Below are positions 37,680 through 45,828 of a stretch of DNA of 64,000 bases, piece by piece (position 1 is the stretch's first letter; each line of letters starts with the position of its first letter). Under the pieces are notes generated by a model. It saw only the letters and a program-made list of their open reading frames with translations. It was not told the DNA's origin and searched no databases. The position numbers and the translations under genes are program-made. Location of the stretch: positions 11,110-75,109 of the forward strand of contig QKDR01000019.1 of assembly GCA_003252515.1 (NCBI GenBank), read 5' to 3'. This DNA comes from Candidatus Delongbacteria bacterium (GTDB lineage: Bacteria; UBA4055).

Positions 37680-39218
37680 TTATAATGGTATTGAATCATG
37701 CTTATGCTGTTTTTTCACGATCTTTTTTGATTTTCCCAGTTCGAAAGATCTGATTATTTTCTCTCTTGTCTCTTCAGGTGTTATCACTGCATCGATGTAT
37801 GCTTTTGATGCGGCATTGTAAGGGTTCGAATACTTTTCCTTGTATTCTCTGATCTTCTGCTGCCTGACTTTTTCAGGTTCAGTTGCTTCGGAAATCTCTT
37901 TGGCAAAGATGATATTACAAGCGCCTTCGGGACCCATTACGGCTATCTCTGCGGTAGGCCATGCATAAACAAAATCAGTTCTGAGATGTTTTGAAGCCAT
38001 CGCTATATATCCTCCGCCGTATGCTTTTCTTATTATGACAGTCACGGTGGGAACCGTAGCTTCAGAATATGCGAAAAGAAGTTTCGCGCCGTGCCTGATA
38101 ACTCCGTAATGTTCCTGATCAATACCCGGAAGATAACCCGGAAGATCTACAAGCGTCAGGATAGGTATGCCGAAAGAATCGCAAAAACGAACAAATCTTG
38201 CAGCTTTATCACTCGAATCAACATCAAGAACACCTGCCAGATATTTCGGATTATTGGCGATAATGCCTACAGATTTACCGCCCATTCTCGCGAAACCCAC
38301 AGTGATGTTGGGTGCGAAATATTTCTGGACCTCAAAAAAGTAGGAATCGTCAACAAGGTAAGAGATAAGATCTTTCATATCATAAGCAAGTCTGTTGTCA
38401 TCAGGGATAATGTTCTCTATTTTCTTTTTACTTTTCGGGGATTTAGGTCTCACTTCGGGAACGGGTTTATCCCAAGCTGAAGGTATAAAACTCAGAAGTT
38501 CTTTTATCTGATCAAGTGCTTCAGTTTCAGATTGTGCAAAAAAATGTGCGTTCCCCGTAATTTCATTATGCACTCTTGCTCCGCCTAAACTTTCAGCGTC
38601 GATCTTTTCTCTAAGGACGGATTCGATCACTTTCGGACCGGTAATGAACATCTGCGACAGTTTGTCGACCATAAAAACGAAGTCTGTGATAGCCGGAGAA
38701 TATACTGCACCTCCCGCGCACGGACCCATAATTACGGATATCTGAGGTATTTTTCCGCTGTTAATAGTATTCCTGTAAAATATTTCACCATATCCCGCAA
38801 GTGAATCGACACCCTCCTGTATCCTGGCTCCGCCGGAATCGTTTATTCCGATAACTGGTATGCCCATGTTAGAGGCGATATCCATAACTTTTGTGATTTT
38901 TGCAGCATGCATCCTTCCAAGAGACCCTCCCGCTACAGTGAAATCCTGAGCGAAAACACAGACCGGTCTACCGTCGATATTTCCAAAACCTGTTATTACG
39001 CCGTCACCGGCCAGTTTCTGTTTATCAAGTCCGAAATCCCTTCCCTGATGTTCAACAAAAAGATCTATTTCATTAAATGTGTTTTTATCAAGAAGCTGTT
39101 CGATCCTCTCTCTTGCGCTCAACAGACCTTTTTCTTTCCTTTTCTGGAGCTTTTCTTCACCACCTCCTTTCTTAAGAATACCGGCACGGGACAGGAGCTG
39201 ATTTATTTTTTCCAGCAT
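37680..39218 (-). CDS. Acyl-CoA carboxyltransferase: methylmalonyl-CoA decarboxylase alpha, transcarboxylase 12S, or propionyl-CoA carboxylase beta family
   Basis: 512 aa with a duplicated crotonase-like carboxyltransferase fold (GGARIQEG, AWPTAEIAVMG). Confidence 0.85.
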   Translation of the reverse strand: MLEKINQLLSRAGILKKGGGEEKLQKRKEKGLLSARERIEQLLDKNTFNEIDLFVEHQGRDFGLDKQKLAGDGVITGFGNIDGRPVCVFAQDFTVAGGSLGRMHAAKITKVMDIASNMGIPVIGINDSGGARIQEGVDSLAGYGEIFYRNTINSGKIPQISVIMGPCAGGAVYSPAITDFVFMVDKLSQMFITGPKVIESVLREKIDAESLGGARVHNEITGNAHFFAQSETEALDQIKELLSFIPSAWDKPVPEVRPKSPKSKKKIENIIPDDNRLAYDMKDLISYLVDDSYFFEVQKYFAPNITVGFARMGGKSVGIIANNPKYLAGVLDVDSSDKAARFVRFCDSFGIPILTLVDLPGYLPGIDQEHYGVIRHGAKLLFAYSEATVPTVTVIIRKAYGGGYIAMASKHLRTDFVYAWPTAEIAVMGPEGACNIIFAKEISEATEPEKVRQQKIREYKEKYSNPYNAASKAYIDAVITPEETREKIIRSFELGKSKKIVKKQHKHDSIPL

Positions 39219-39325
39219 TATACCTCCAAATACATTAAATTAGCCTATCATTGCCAAAAAATCGGCATTATAATTTAAATCATATTTTTATTAAATGCAA
39301 TTTATTTTATCCGTTGAGAATTTTC

Positions 39326-39356
39326 TTGACAAACAAAACGGTTATACATATATTTG
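39326..39356 (+). promoter_or_regulatory. Promoter for tRNA-Leu: TTGACA, 17 nt, TATATT(TG)
   Basis: A perfect -35 TTGACA (39326-39331), a 17-nt spacer and TATATTTG (39349-39356) sit ~10 nt upstream of the mature tRNA 5' end. Confidence 0.55.
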
Positions 39357-39365
39357 GCGCAGTTT

Positions 39366-39447
39366 GCGGGTATGGTGGAACTGGCAGACACGCCAGACTT
39401 AGGATCTGGTGCCTTTCGGTGTGGGGGTTCAAATCCCTCTATCCGCA
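39366..39447 (+). tRNA. tRNA-Leu (anticodon UAG)
   Basis: Hand-folded cloverleaf: acceptor stem GCGGGTA/TATCCGC, a GTGGAACTGGCAGAC D-arm and anticodon arm CCAGA-CTTAGGA-TCTGG (anticodon TAG). A long variable arm marks it as class II, and the T-arm is GGGGG-TTCAAAT-CCCTC. CCA is not encoded. Confidence 0.8.
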
Positions 39448-39451
39448 CTAC

Positions 39452-39480
39452 AAACGGCTGATTGAAGCCGTTTTTTTATT
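39452..39480 (+). terminator. Rho-independent terminator after tRNA-Leu
   Basis: AAACGGC-TGATTGA-GCCGTTT followed by TTTTTTT. Confidence 0.55.
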
Positions 39481-39531
39481 AGACAAAGCTGAAATTCCAT
39501 TTTGGCAGTTTAAAATTTATTAAAATATTAC

Positions 39532-39562
39532 TTGACGGGTCAAAATAAGGACGTTATATTTG
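39532..39562 (+). promoter_or_regulatory. gdhA promoter: TTGACG, 17 nt, TATATT(TG)
   Basis: -35 TTGACG (39532-39537), a 17-nt spacer and TATATTTG (39555-39562) give a ~70-nt leader to the ATG at 39632. The architecture matches the tRNA promoter. Confidence 0.45.
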
Positions 39563-39631
39563 TGACAAAATGCGACGTGTTGTGAAAGTAATAACAACAC
39601 TTGAAATAAAATATAACGAAGAGAGGCAAAA

Positions 39632-40975
39632 ATGTATAACATTGACAGGTTCATGGCAGAACTCGAAAGAAAAAATCCTTCTCAGCCGGAATTTATTCAG
39701 GCGGCAAGAGAAGTGATCGAATCGGTTATTGATGTTGTCAACGAGAATCCAGCTTACCTTAAAGCTAAGATTCTTGACAGGATCACCGAGCCGGACAGAG
39801 TATTCATGTTCAAAGTAGAGTGGGAAGATGACAACGGCGATGTTCAGGTTAACAAAGGCTACCGCGTACAGTTCAATAACGCGATCGGCCCTTATAAAGG
39901 CGGTCTCAGATTCCATCCGAGCGTAACACTCGGCGGTCTCAAATTCCTGGGTTTCGAACAAATGTTCAAGAACAGCCTTACAACTCTTCCAATGGGTGGA
40001 GGAAAAGGCGGATCTGATTTTAATCCTAAAGGAAAATCGGACAATGAAATTTTGAGATTCTGCAGATCTTTCATGACAGAACTACAGAAGTATATAGGAC
40101 CTGAGACAGACGTACCTGCAGGTGACATAGGTGTTGGAGGAAGAGAAATAGGGTATATGTATGGTCAGTATAAAAGGCTTAGAAGCGAGAATACCGGTGT
40201 ACTTACCGGAAAAGGACTCAACTGGGGCGGTTCGCTGATCAGACCTGAAGCTACAGGATTCGGCGCAGTTTACTACGCTGACGAGATGCTGAAATATAAA
40301 AAAGAATCGATGAAAGGTAAGATCGTATCCTGTTCCGGTTTCGGTAACGTTACATGGGGTACGGTTATCAAGGCTACAGAACTTGGCGCAAAAGTCGTAA
40401 CGATTTCAGGACCGGACGGTTATATATATGATAAAGACGGTGTAAATACTCAGGAAAAATTCAATTACCTTCTTGAATTAAGAGCGTCAAATAATGATAT
40501 AGTAGCACCTTACGCAAAAAAATTCCCGAATGCCAAATTCTTCCCTGGCAAAAAACCGTGGGGTGAGAAATGCGATATGGCTTACCCGTGTGCAATTCAG
40601 AATGAACTTAATGGTGAAGACGCAAAGAAACTTGTTGAGAACGGCTGTAAATATGTAATAGAAACTTCCAATATGGGATGTACTCCGGAAGCTGTCGAAG
40701 TATTTCTTCATGCTAAGATCGCATTCGCACCGGGAAAAGCTGCAAATGCCGGCGGTGTTGCTACTTCGGGACTTGAAATGAGCCAGAACTCAATGAAACT
40801 GTCATGGTCTAAAGAAGAAGTTGACGAGAAGCTGAAAGGGATCATGAAAAATATTCACGATGCAGGTGTAAAATACGGTAAAGATAAAAAAGGCAGCTTT
40901 GTAAATTACGTTAAAGGATCTAATATCGCCGGTTTCAAGAAAGTCGCCGACGCAATGATAGACTTAGGATACTAG
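39632..40975 (+). CDS. gdhA: NADP-specific glutamate dehydrogenase
   Basis: 447 aa with the GDH catalytic motif KGGLRFHPS, the lysine region (PMGGGKGGSDF) and a C-terminal Rossmann domain. Confidence 0.9.
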   Translation: MYNIDRFMAELERKNPSQPEFIQAAREVIESVIDVVNENPAYLKAKILDRITEPDRVFMFKVEWEDDNGDVQVNKGYRVQFNNAIGPYKGGLRFHPSVTLGGLKFLGFEQMFKNSLTTLPMGGGKGGSDFNPKGKSDNEILRFCRSFMTELQKYIGPETDVPAGDIGVGGREIGYMYGQYKRLRSENTGVLTGKGLNWGGSLIRPEATGFGAVYYADEMLKYKKESMKGKIVSCSGFGNVTWGTVIKATELGAKVVTISGPDGYIYDKDGVNTQEKFNYLLELRASNNDIVAPYAKKFPNAKFFPGKKPWGEKCDMAYPCAIQNELNGEDAKKLVENGCKYVIETSNMGCTPEAVEVFLHAKIAFAPGKAANAGGVATSGLEMSQNSMKLSWSKEEVDEKLKGIMKNIHDAGVKYGKDKKGSFVNYVKGSNIAGFKKVADAMIDLGY

Positions 40976-41010
40976 TCAGTACCACATAAACCCTCCAAAT
41001 TACTAAAAAA

Positions 41011-41033
41011 GGCTCGTTTTTGAGCCTTTTTTA
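41011..41033 (+). terminator. Rho-independent terminator after gdhA
   Basis: AAAGGCTC-GTTTTT-GAGCCTTT followed by TTTT. Confidence 0.65.
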
Positions 41034-41093
41034 GTTTGCGCAAAATATAAATATAAAATATATTTACATCCATTAATAAAAAGGAGAATCGTT

Positions 41094-42149
41094 ATGCAAA
41101 AAGATTCCAGAGATTTTCTGCTTGAGCTGCTCAGAACTCCCTCGCCATCCGGTTACGAGTTTAATATACAGAAAAAATGGCTGAAATATACAGAAAAATA
41201 TGCAGACAGGACTGAAACTGATATCGGAGGCAACGCCATAGCCGTTCTCAACCCGAAAGCGAAATTCAAAGTACTCCTTGCCGGTCACTGCGATGAGATC
41301 GGATTTATAGTAACAAGGATAGACGGGGACGGATTCGTTTACTTCAGCCCTGTTGGCGGGATCAGCCATAAAGTAGCGCCGGGGTTAAGGGTCGAGATCC
41401 TTGGTGAGAAAGAAATTGTAACCGGAGTTATCGGAGTTAACGCGGAACATCACGGAGGACTGAAGGATAAATTCGAGTTCGATGACCTGTTCATTGACTG
41501 CGGGTTCAGGAATAAAAAACAGGCGGAGAAATTCATATCAACTGGTGACTACGCTGTCTATTCAAGCGAGATAACAGAGCTCAAGAACGGCCTTATATCG
41601 TCCAAAGCGCTTGACGACAAGAGCGGTTCATTTATAGTTGCTGAAGTTATAAAGAGACTGAAAGGTCAGCCGCTGAACGTTGGAGTGTATTCAGTAAGCA
41701 CGACAAGCGAGGAAACAGGTCTTCAGGGCGCATATTTCGCTTCTACCGGTATTGAACCGGATCTTGCGATCGCCTGCGACGTCACCTGGGCGACTGACTA
41801 TCCGACTGTGAACAGATCTAAATACGGCGACTACACAATTGAGGGCGGCCCGGTGCTCGCTGTAGGATCGCCTGTGAGCGTTAAGATAAATAAAATGCTG
41901 AAGGCAGCTGCAAAAGAGTTGAAGATCGGGATACAGACCGAGGTCACTCCAAGAATTACCGGTACTGACGCTGACAGGATAAGATTCACGAACAAAGGTG
42001 TTCCTGTAGCCCTCGTTTCGCTCCCGATACGATATATGCACTCTCCTGTAGAGACCGCCAGTATGAAGCAGATAGAGAATGTGATCAAACTGCTGGTCGG
42101 GTTCATAAAGAACATGACCGGAAAAGAAAATCTGAAACCTCTGGAATGA
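41094..42149 (+). CDS. M42-family metallo-aminopeptidase (FrvX/CelM-like)
   Basis: 351 aa. The N-terminus LLELLRTPSPSGYE and the metal-ligand regions (GHCDEIG, DDKSG, SEETG) are typical of M42. Confidence 0.8.
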   Translation: MQKDSRDFLLELLRTPSPSGYEFNIQKKWLKYTEKYADRTETDIGGNAIAVLNPKAKFKVLLAGHCDEIGFIVTRIDGDGFVYFSPVGGISHKVAPGLRVEILGEKEIVTGVIGVNAEHHGGLKDKFEFDDLFIDCGFRNKKQAEKFISTGDYAVYSSEITELKNGLISSKALDDKSGSFIVAEVIKRLKGQPLNVGVYSVSTTSEETGLQGAYFASTGIEPDLAIACDVTWATDYPTVNRSKYGDYTIEGGPVLAVGSPVSVKINKMLKAAAKELKIGIQTEVTPRITGTDADRIRFTNKGVPVALVSLPIRYMHSPVETASMKQIENVIKLLVGFIKNMTGKENLKPLE

Positions 42150-42150
42150 T

Positions 42151-42564
42151 ATGGAAGAAAAAGAAAGCGTAAGGATCGACAAATGGCTTAAAGTGGCAAG
42201 GTTTTTCAAGCAGAGGGAACTTGCGGCGGAAGCGGTCGAGTCCGGGAAAGTAAGGTTGAACGGCGAAAAAGTAAAACCGTCAAGAATTCTCAAACCAGGA
42301 GATCAGATTACAGTCAAACAGGGCTCATCATATGTAAAATATACCGTTCTTGGGATCACGGACAGATCATTACCGAAAGAACAGGCAAAGGAACTATATA
42401 AGATGCTGGATCCTGAAGAAAAAAGATCTAAAGAGACAAATGAACTGATGAAGATACTTGAAGAGCAGGATAAGAAAAATGCCGAAGAGATCAAGCATAA
42501 GGGAAGGCCTACAAAGAAGGACAGAAGGATACTTAACAAATATAAGTATATGACAAATGATTAA
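42151..42564 (+). CDS. S4-domain RNA-binding protein (Hsp15/HslR-like)
   Basis: 137 aa. The S4 fold is RIDKWLKVARFFKQRELAAEAVESGKVRLNG. A Lys/Glu-rich tail follows. Confidence 0.7.
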   Translation: MEEKESVRIDKWLKVARFFKQRELAAEAVESGKVRLNGEKVKPSRILKPGDQITVKQGSSYVKYTVLGITDRSLPKEQAKELYKMLDPEEKRSKETNELMKILEEQDKKNAEEIKHKGRPTKKDRRILNKYKYMTND

Positions 42565-43186
42565 AATAAAAGACCTGAAAAAAGATTTTCCCAAGTACGG
42601 ATTTTCGATCGAATGCAGGCATTTATCTGTAGAGTCCGGTACGGCGGCCGGGATCTATGGACCTGCAGGATCAGGAAAAACTCTGTTTACAAAAACTCTT
42701 GCCGGTCTGACAGGCAGTTATTCCGGATCAGTTGAGATAGCATCAACGGAACTTAAAAATACTTACAGAAGAAAAATAGGCTATCTTCCGTTCAGAAATG
42801 TGCTTTATGGAAATCTGACTTTAAAAGAAATGTCACATTATCTTCTGGGGCAATACAAATTAAAACGTGAGGAATTCGATCTTAAACTTGACTGGTTTTC
42901 ATCTTTATGGAATATAAGTCAATTCACGAACAGAAGAATCGCATCTCTGACCGACGGTCAGCTGCAGTCTGTCAAATTCTTTACATCCCTGCTTCACTCT
43001 CCAACTGTTCTGATCATAGACGAACCTTTTAATGGTCTGGGAACTGAGAGTACAGACAGTTTCTCCGCAGTCTTTGATGATATCAGGAAAAAACAGGTTA
43101 CTGTTATTGCCGCATCAGCCAATTTTGATCTTCTCGAAAAGATCGTTCAGATAAGTACTCAAATATCAAACGGCAAGATAGAATAA
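42557..43186 (+). CDS. Short ABC-transporter ATP-binding protein with a degenerate signature motif
   Basis: 209 aa with Walker A GPAGSGKT and Walker B LIIDEP. The signature is LTDGQ rather than LSGGQ. It overlaps the S4 gene by 8 nt. Confidence 0.65.
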   Translation: MIKIKDLKKDFPKYGFSIECRHLSVESGTAAGIYGPAGSGKTLFTKTLAGLTGSYSGSVEIASTELKNTYRRKIGYLPFRNVLYGNLTLKEMSHYLLGQYKLKREEFDLKLDWFSSLWNISQFTNRRIASLTDGQLQSVKFFTSLLHSPTVLIIDEPFNGLGTESTDSFSAVFDDIRKKQVTVIAASANFDLLEKIVQISTQISNGKIE

Positions 43187-43188
43187 AT

Positions 43189-43929
43189 ATGAGTTTATGC
43201 GGAATTATGAAAGAGATCAGGATATTTTTCAGAAACAGGACCGTTTCTGTTACTGTGATTTTTATGATAATACTAGAAATTACAGTAATTATAAAATCGG
43301 TAAATGTCATTCCTGACGGATCGGTAAGTCCTTTTTTCAGTTTCAGTTTTTTTCAGAAGCATTTGATACTGATGTTCTTTCCGTGTCTGCTTATTAATAT
43401 ACTCATTATGGCTTTTTCAGTTACTGCCGAAAGGCAGAACGGAATGCTGTCTAAACTGCTTCCGTACGGAGAATCTTTAATGGTCAGGAATAAAACAGCA
43501 GCAGCGACCGTGATCTCACTCTTTTTCAGTGTGCTATATGTGATCTCAGCTGTAATTGCAAGCGGATTAAAAACTTATTTGAGCTTCAAATTCGCAGTGT
43601 TCCTGACAGCATCATATATTTTTGTATTCTACGCGCTGTCATCATTCTCAGTTTCATTTGCTTTTATGTATTATCACGGAGACAACGACTATGGACCTGA
43701 ACTGAAGCAAATGCTCATATATATATTCATAGTGTCGGCAGCAGTTTCATCATTTTATTATTTCATATCAGAGAACATGATATATTTTTATGAATTTATT
43801 ACAGGATACAGACGAGTTTATCCTAACGCAGAGTTCATTTTATTCATGGTTCTGACTTTTATTTTTATGACTGGGGCGAGGATCATGCTTAAAAAGGCAG
43901 AGAAGAAGCTTTATGAAGAGCAATATTGA
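43189..43929 (+). CDS. ABC-2-type permease-like membrane protein (GldF-like size)
   Basis: 246 aa with ~6 TM helices. The ABC-2 family motif AERQNGMLSKLL follows TM2. Confidence 0.5.
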   Translation: MSLCGIMKEIRIFFRNRTVSVTVIFMIILEITVIIKSVNVIPDGSVSPFFSFSFFQKHLILMFFPCLLINILIMAFSVTAERQNGMLSKLLPYGESLMVRNKTAAATVISLFFSVLYVISAVIASGLKTYLSFKFAVFLTASYIFVFYALSSFSVSFAFMYYHGDNDYGPELKQMLIYIFIVSAAVSSFYYFISENMIYFYEFITGYRRVYPNAEFILFMVLTFIFMTGARIMLKKAEKKLYEEQY

Positions 43930-43983
43930 ACATTTGAAGTCTTTTTTAGTTTATTACAGGTTTAACCGGGAGTATTTACAGAT

Positions 43984-45828
43984 TTGAAGAACGTGTCACT
44001 TGCAATACTATTATGCTTAATTGCTGTAAGCAATGTGATGTCTCAGACAAGGGGATCTGCTATAAAGAAAGACAGAAACACCGCAGATAACAGGATCCTT
44101 GACAGACAATTGGCCTACGCTGTTTCTTCAGAGAAGAACGGCAATATCAATTCTGCTTACCAAGCTTACAGTAACCTGATGAAGAGATATCCTGCAGAAA
44201 TTAAAGTCTTAACCGGATTCGTTGACACGAGCATAAAAACTGGTAAAATAAAAGAATGTGAAATATCATTGAAACAGCTGGTCAACAAACATCCCGTTAA
44301 ACAGACGTTTACTGATCCTTCGGACGATTCGTCTTCATACGGAATAAAACTTCTCGGATTCATCGCTGAACTTTATTTCAGGACCGGAAGAAATCCCGAA
44401 GGTTATGAGATAATTACTCTGATAGATTCAGCAAATACTGAAAAGAAATTTAAGAAAGAGATCAAAGCCGCGGTGTTCATGAGATCAGGTTATTCTGAGG
44501 AAGCTGAAAAAATATACAAAGAACTGAGAAAGGAATCCGGAGATGAGAACTCTTATTCAGAGGAACTTTTCCCGATCTATCTCTTACAAAATAAAGTTGA
44601 GAAATTCACAGATGAGCTTATCAGATCCGCAGAATACAAAGATAAAAGACCGGATTCAGGTAAAATTAAAGATGCAGCATCTTTTAATCCGAAAGCCGAG
44701 CTATTAAGACTTTACGAGATCGGAGAGCTCAGAGACTCAATTCTTATGACCGCCGAAAAGTTGTTTCAAAAGAAAGGTTCTAAACATACCGGGCTGATCC
44801 TTTCTGAACTTTATTTCAGTTCGAATGAGTACGATAAAGCTTTTAGTGTCATGAAAAAATTATACGACGAAAAGGAAAGCCGCAGGCTATTAACTGATTT
44901 TGCATTAAAACTGTACAATTCGAAAGAATATGAAAAAGCATCAGATTTTTTCGAACTTCTGTATCAGAATGAAGGATCATCGCCGGATGGAGAACTACTG
45001 AGAATATACATCACCTGCCTTGAAAATTCTTCGAAATTTCTCTCAGCTGAAAATGTCATCAGGGAAAGCGGTATAAAGAACGGGGATCTGATGCTCGCTC
45101 AAATGTACCATAATCATATGGGGAAGTTAAACGAGTCAGCAAATCTGTACAAAAAAAATCTGACTGTCAATAAAAGCCTTTCTCATTACTGGCGGGATTA
45201 TCTGAACCTTATGATCGCTGAAAGGAAATTCAATGAAGCTCAGGATATCCTGTCTGAAATACTGAAAGGAAGTATAATGGATATATTCTCATCGGAGCCG
45301 TTCTTTGAGTTAAAAGCGCTTGAAGCCGAATTGCAGCTTTTTTCAGGTAATAAAGAAAAATTTATTACTCTTTCCGAACCTCTGATAAGAGATGATTTCT
45401 TTTCCGATTATGACAACGATCTTCTGAAAATAAGAAAAGACCTGAATATAATCGGCGGCGACAATGACCTGCTCGATAAATATCTTGAAGTGACCGCCTG
45501 CGGGATTGATATTTCAGGAGGTTTAAGAGAATTGGAATTCGTGTATGAAAAGGAAGGTGATCCCGAAAAGAAGAAACTTATTCTGGAAACGGCCTTAAGA
45601 TATCATATTTTCAGAAACGAAAAATTCGAGGTCATAAAACTTGCAGATTATATTAACGGGTCAGGAGAAATGAACAATTCTTTTGCAAGACTGATAACTG
45701 GTTTTTCGAATAAATTCCACAATGACTCCGATGTGAGAGAACTGCTTCTTGCATTATTAAAAAGCGGAATAGATGAGGAGGTCAAGGCTGAAGTAAGAGA
45801 TTTAATAAGAGAAAGAGAGCCGTCTTGA
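43984..45828 (+). CDS. Secreted TPR-like repeat protein
   Basis: 614 aa with a signal peptide and helical-repeat composition (Leu/Tyr/Glu-rich, ELYF..G motifs). Its stop overlaps the start of the next gene (ATGA). Confidence 0.5.
   Translation: MKNVSLAILLCLIAVSNVMSQTRGSAIKKDRNTADNRILDRQLAYAVSSEKNGNINSAYQAYSNLMKRYPAEIKVLTGFVDTSIKTGKIKECEISLKQLVNKHPVKQTFTDPSDDSSSYGIKLLGFIAELYFRTGRNPEGYEIITLIDSANTEKKFKKEIKAAVFMRSGYSEEAEKIYKELRKESGDENSYSEELFPIYLLQNKVEKFTDELIRSAEYKDKRPDSGKIKDAASFNPKAELLRLYEIGELRDSILMTAEKLFQKKGSKHTGLILSELYFSSNEYDKAFSVMKKLYDEKESRRLLTDFALKLYNSKEYEKASDFFELLYQNEGSSPDGELLRIYITCLENSSKFLSAENVIRESGIKNGDLMLAQMYHNHMGKLNESANLYKKNLTVNKSLSHYWRDYLNLMIAERKFNEAQDILSEILKGSIMDIFSSEPFFELKALEAELQLFSGNKEKFITLSEPLIRDDFFSDYDNDLLKIRKDLNIIGGDNDLLDKYLEVTACGIDISGGLRELEFVYEKEGDPEKKKLILETALRYHIFRNEKFEVIKLADYINGSGEMNNSFARLITGFSNKFHNDSDVRELLLALLKSGIDEEVKAEVRDLIREREPS

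Noticed and set aside
39561-39600. TGTGA...TGTTGTGA direct repeats in the gdhA leader as a possible CRP/FNR-type site
   Set aside because: The half-sites are direct, not inverted, and there is no TGTGA-N6-TCACA palindrome. The match is therefore probably fortuitous.
39219-39631. Possible integrative element at the tRNA-Leu gene
   Set aside because: No integrase, direct-repeat duplication of the tRNA 3' end, or foreign-looking genes flank the tRNA. The downstream gene is core gdhA with its own promoter.
42557-43929. ABC ATPase/permease pair as a drug-export or bacteriocin-immunity system
   Set aside because: There is no adjacent bacteriocin, lantibiotic or regulator gene. The pair sits inside a tight string with T9SS-associated candidates, so a GldA/GldF-like role is the more economical hypothesis, though unproven.
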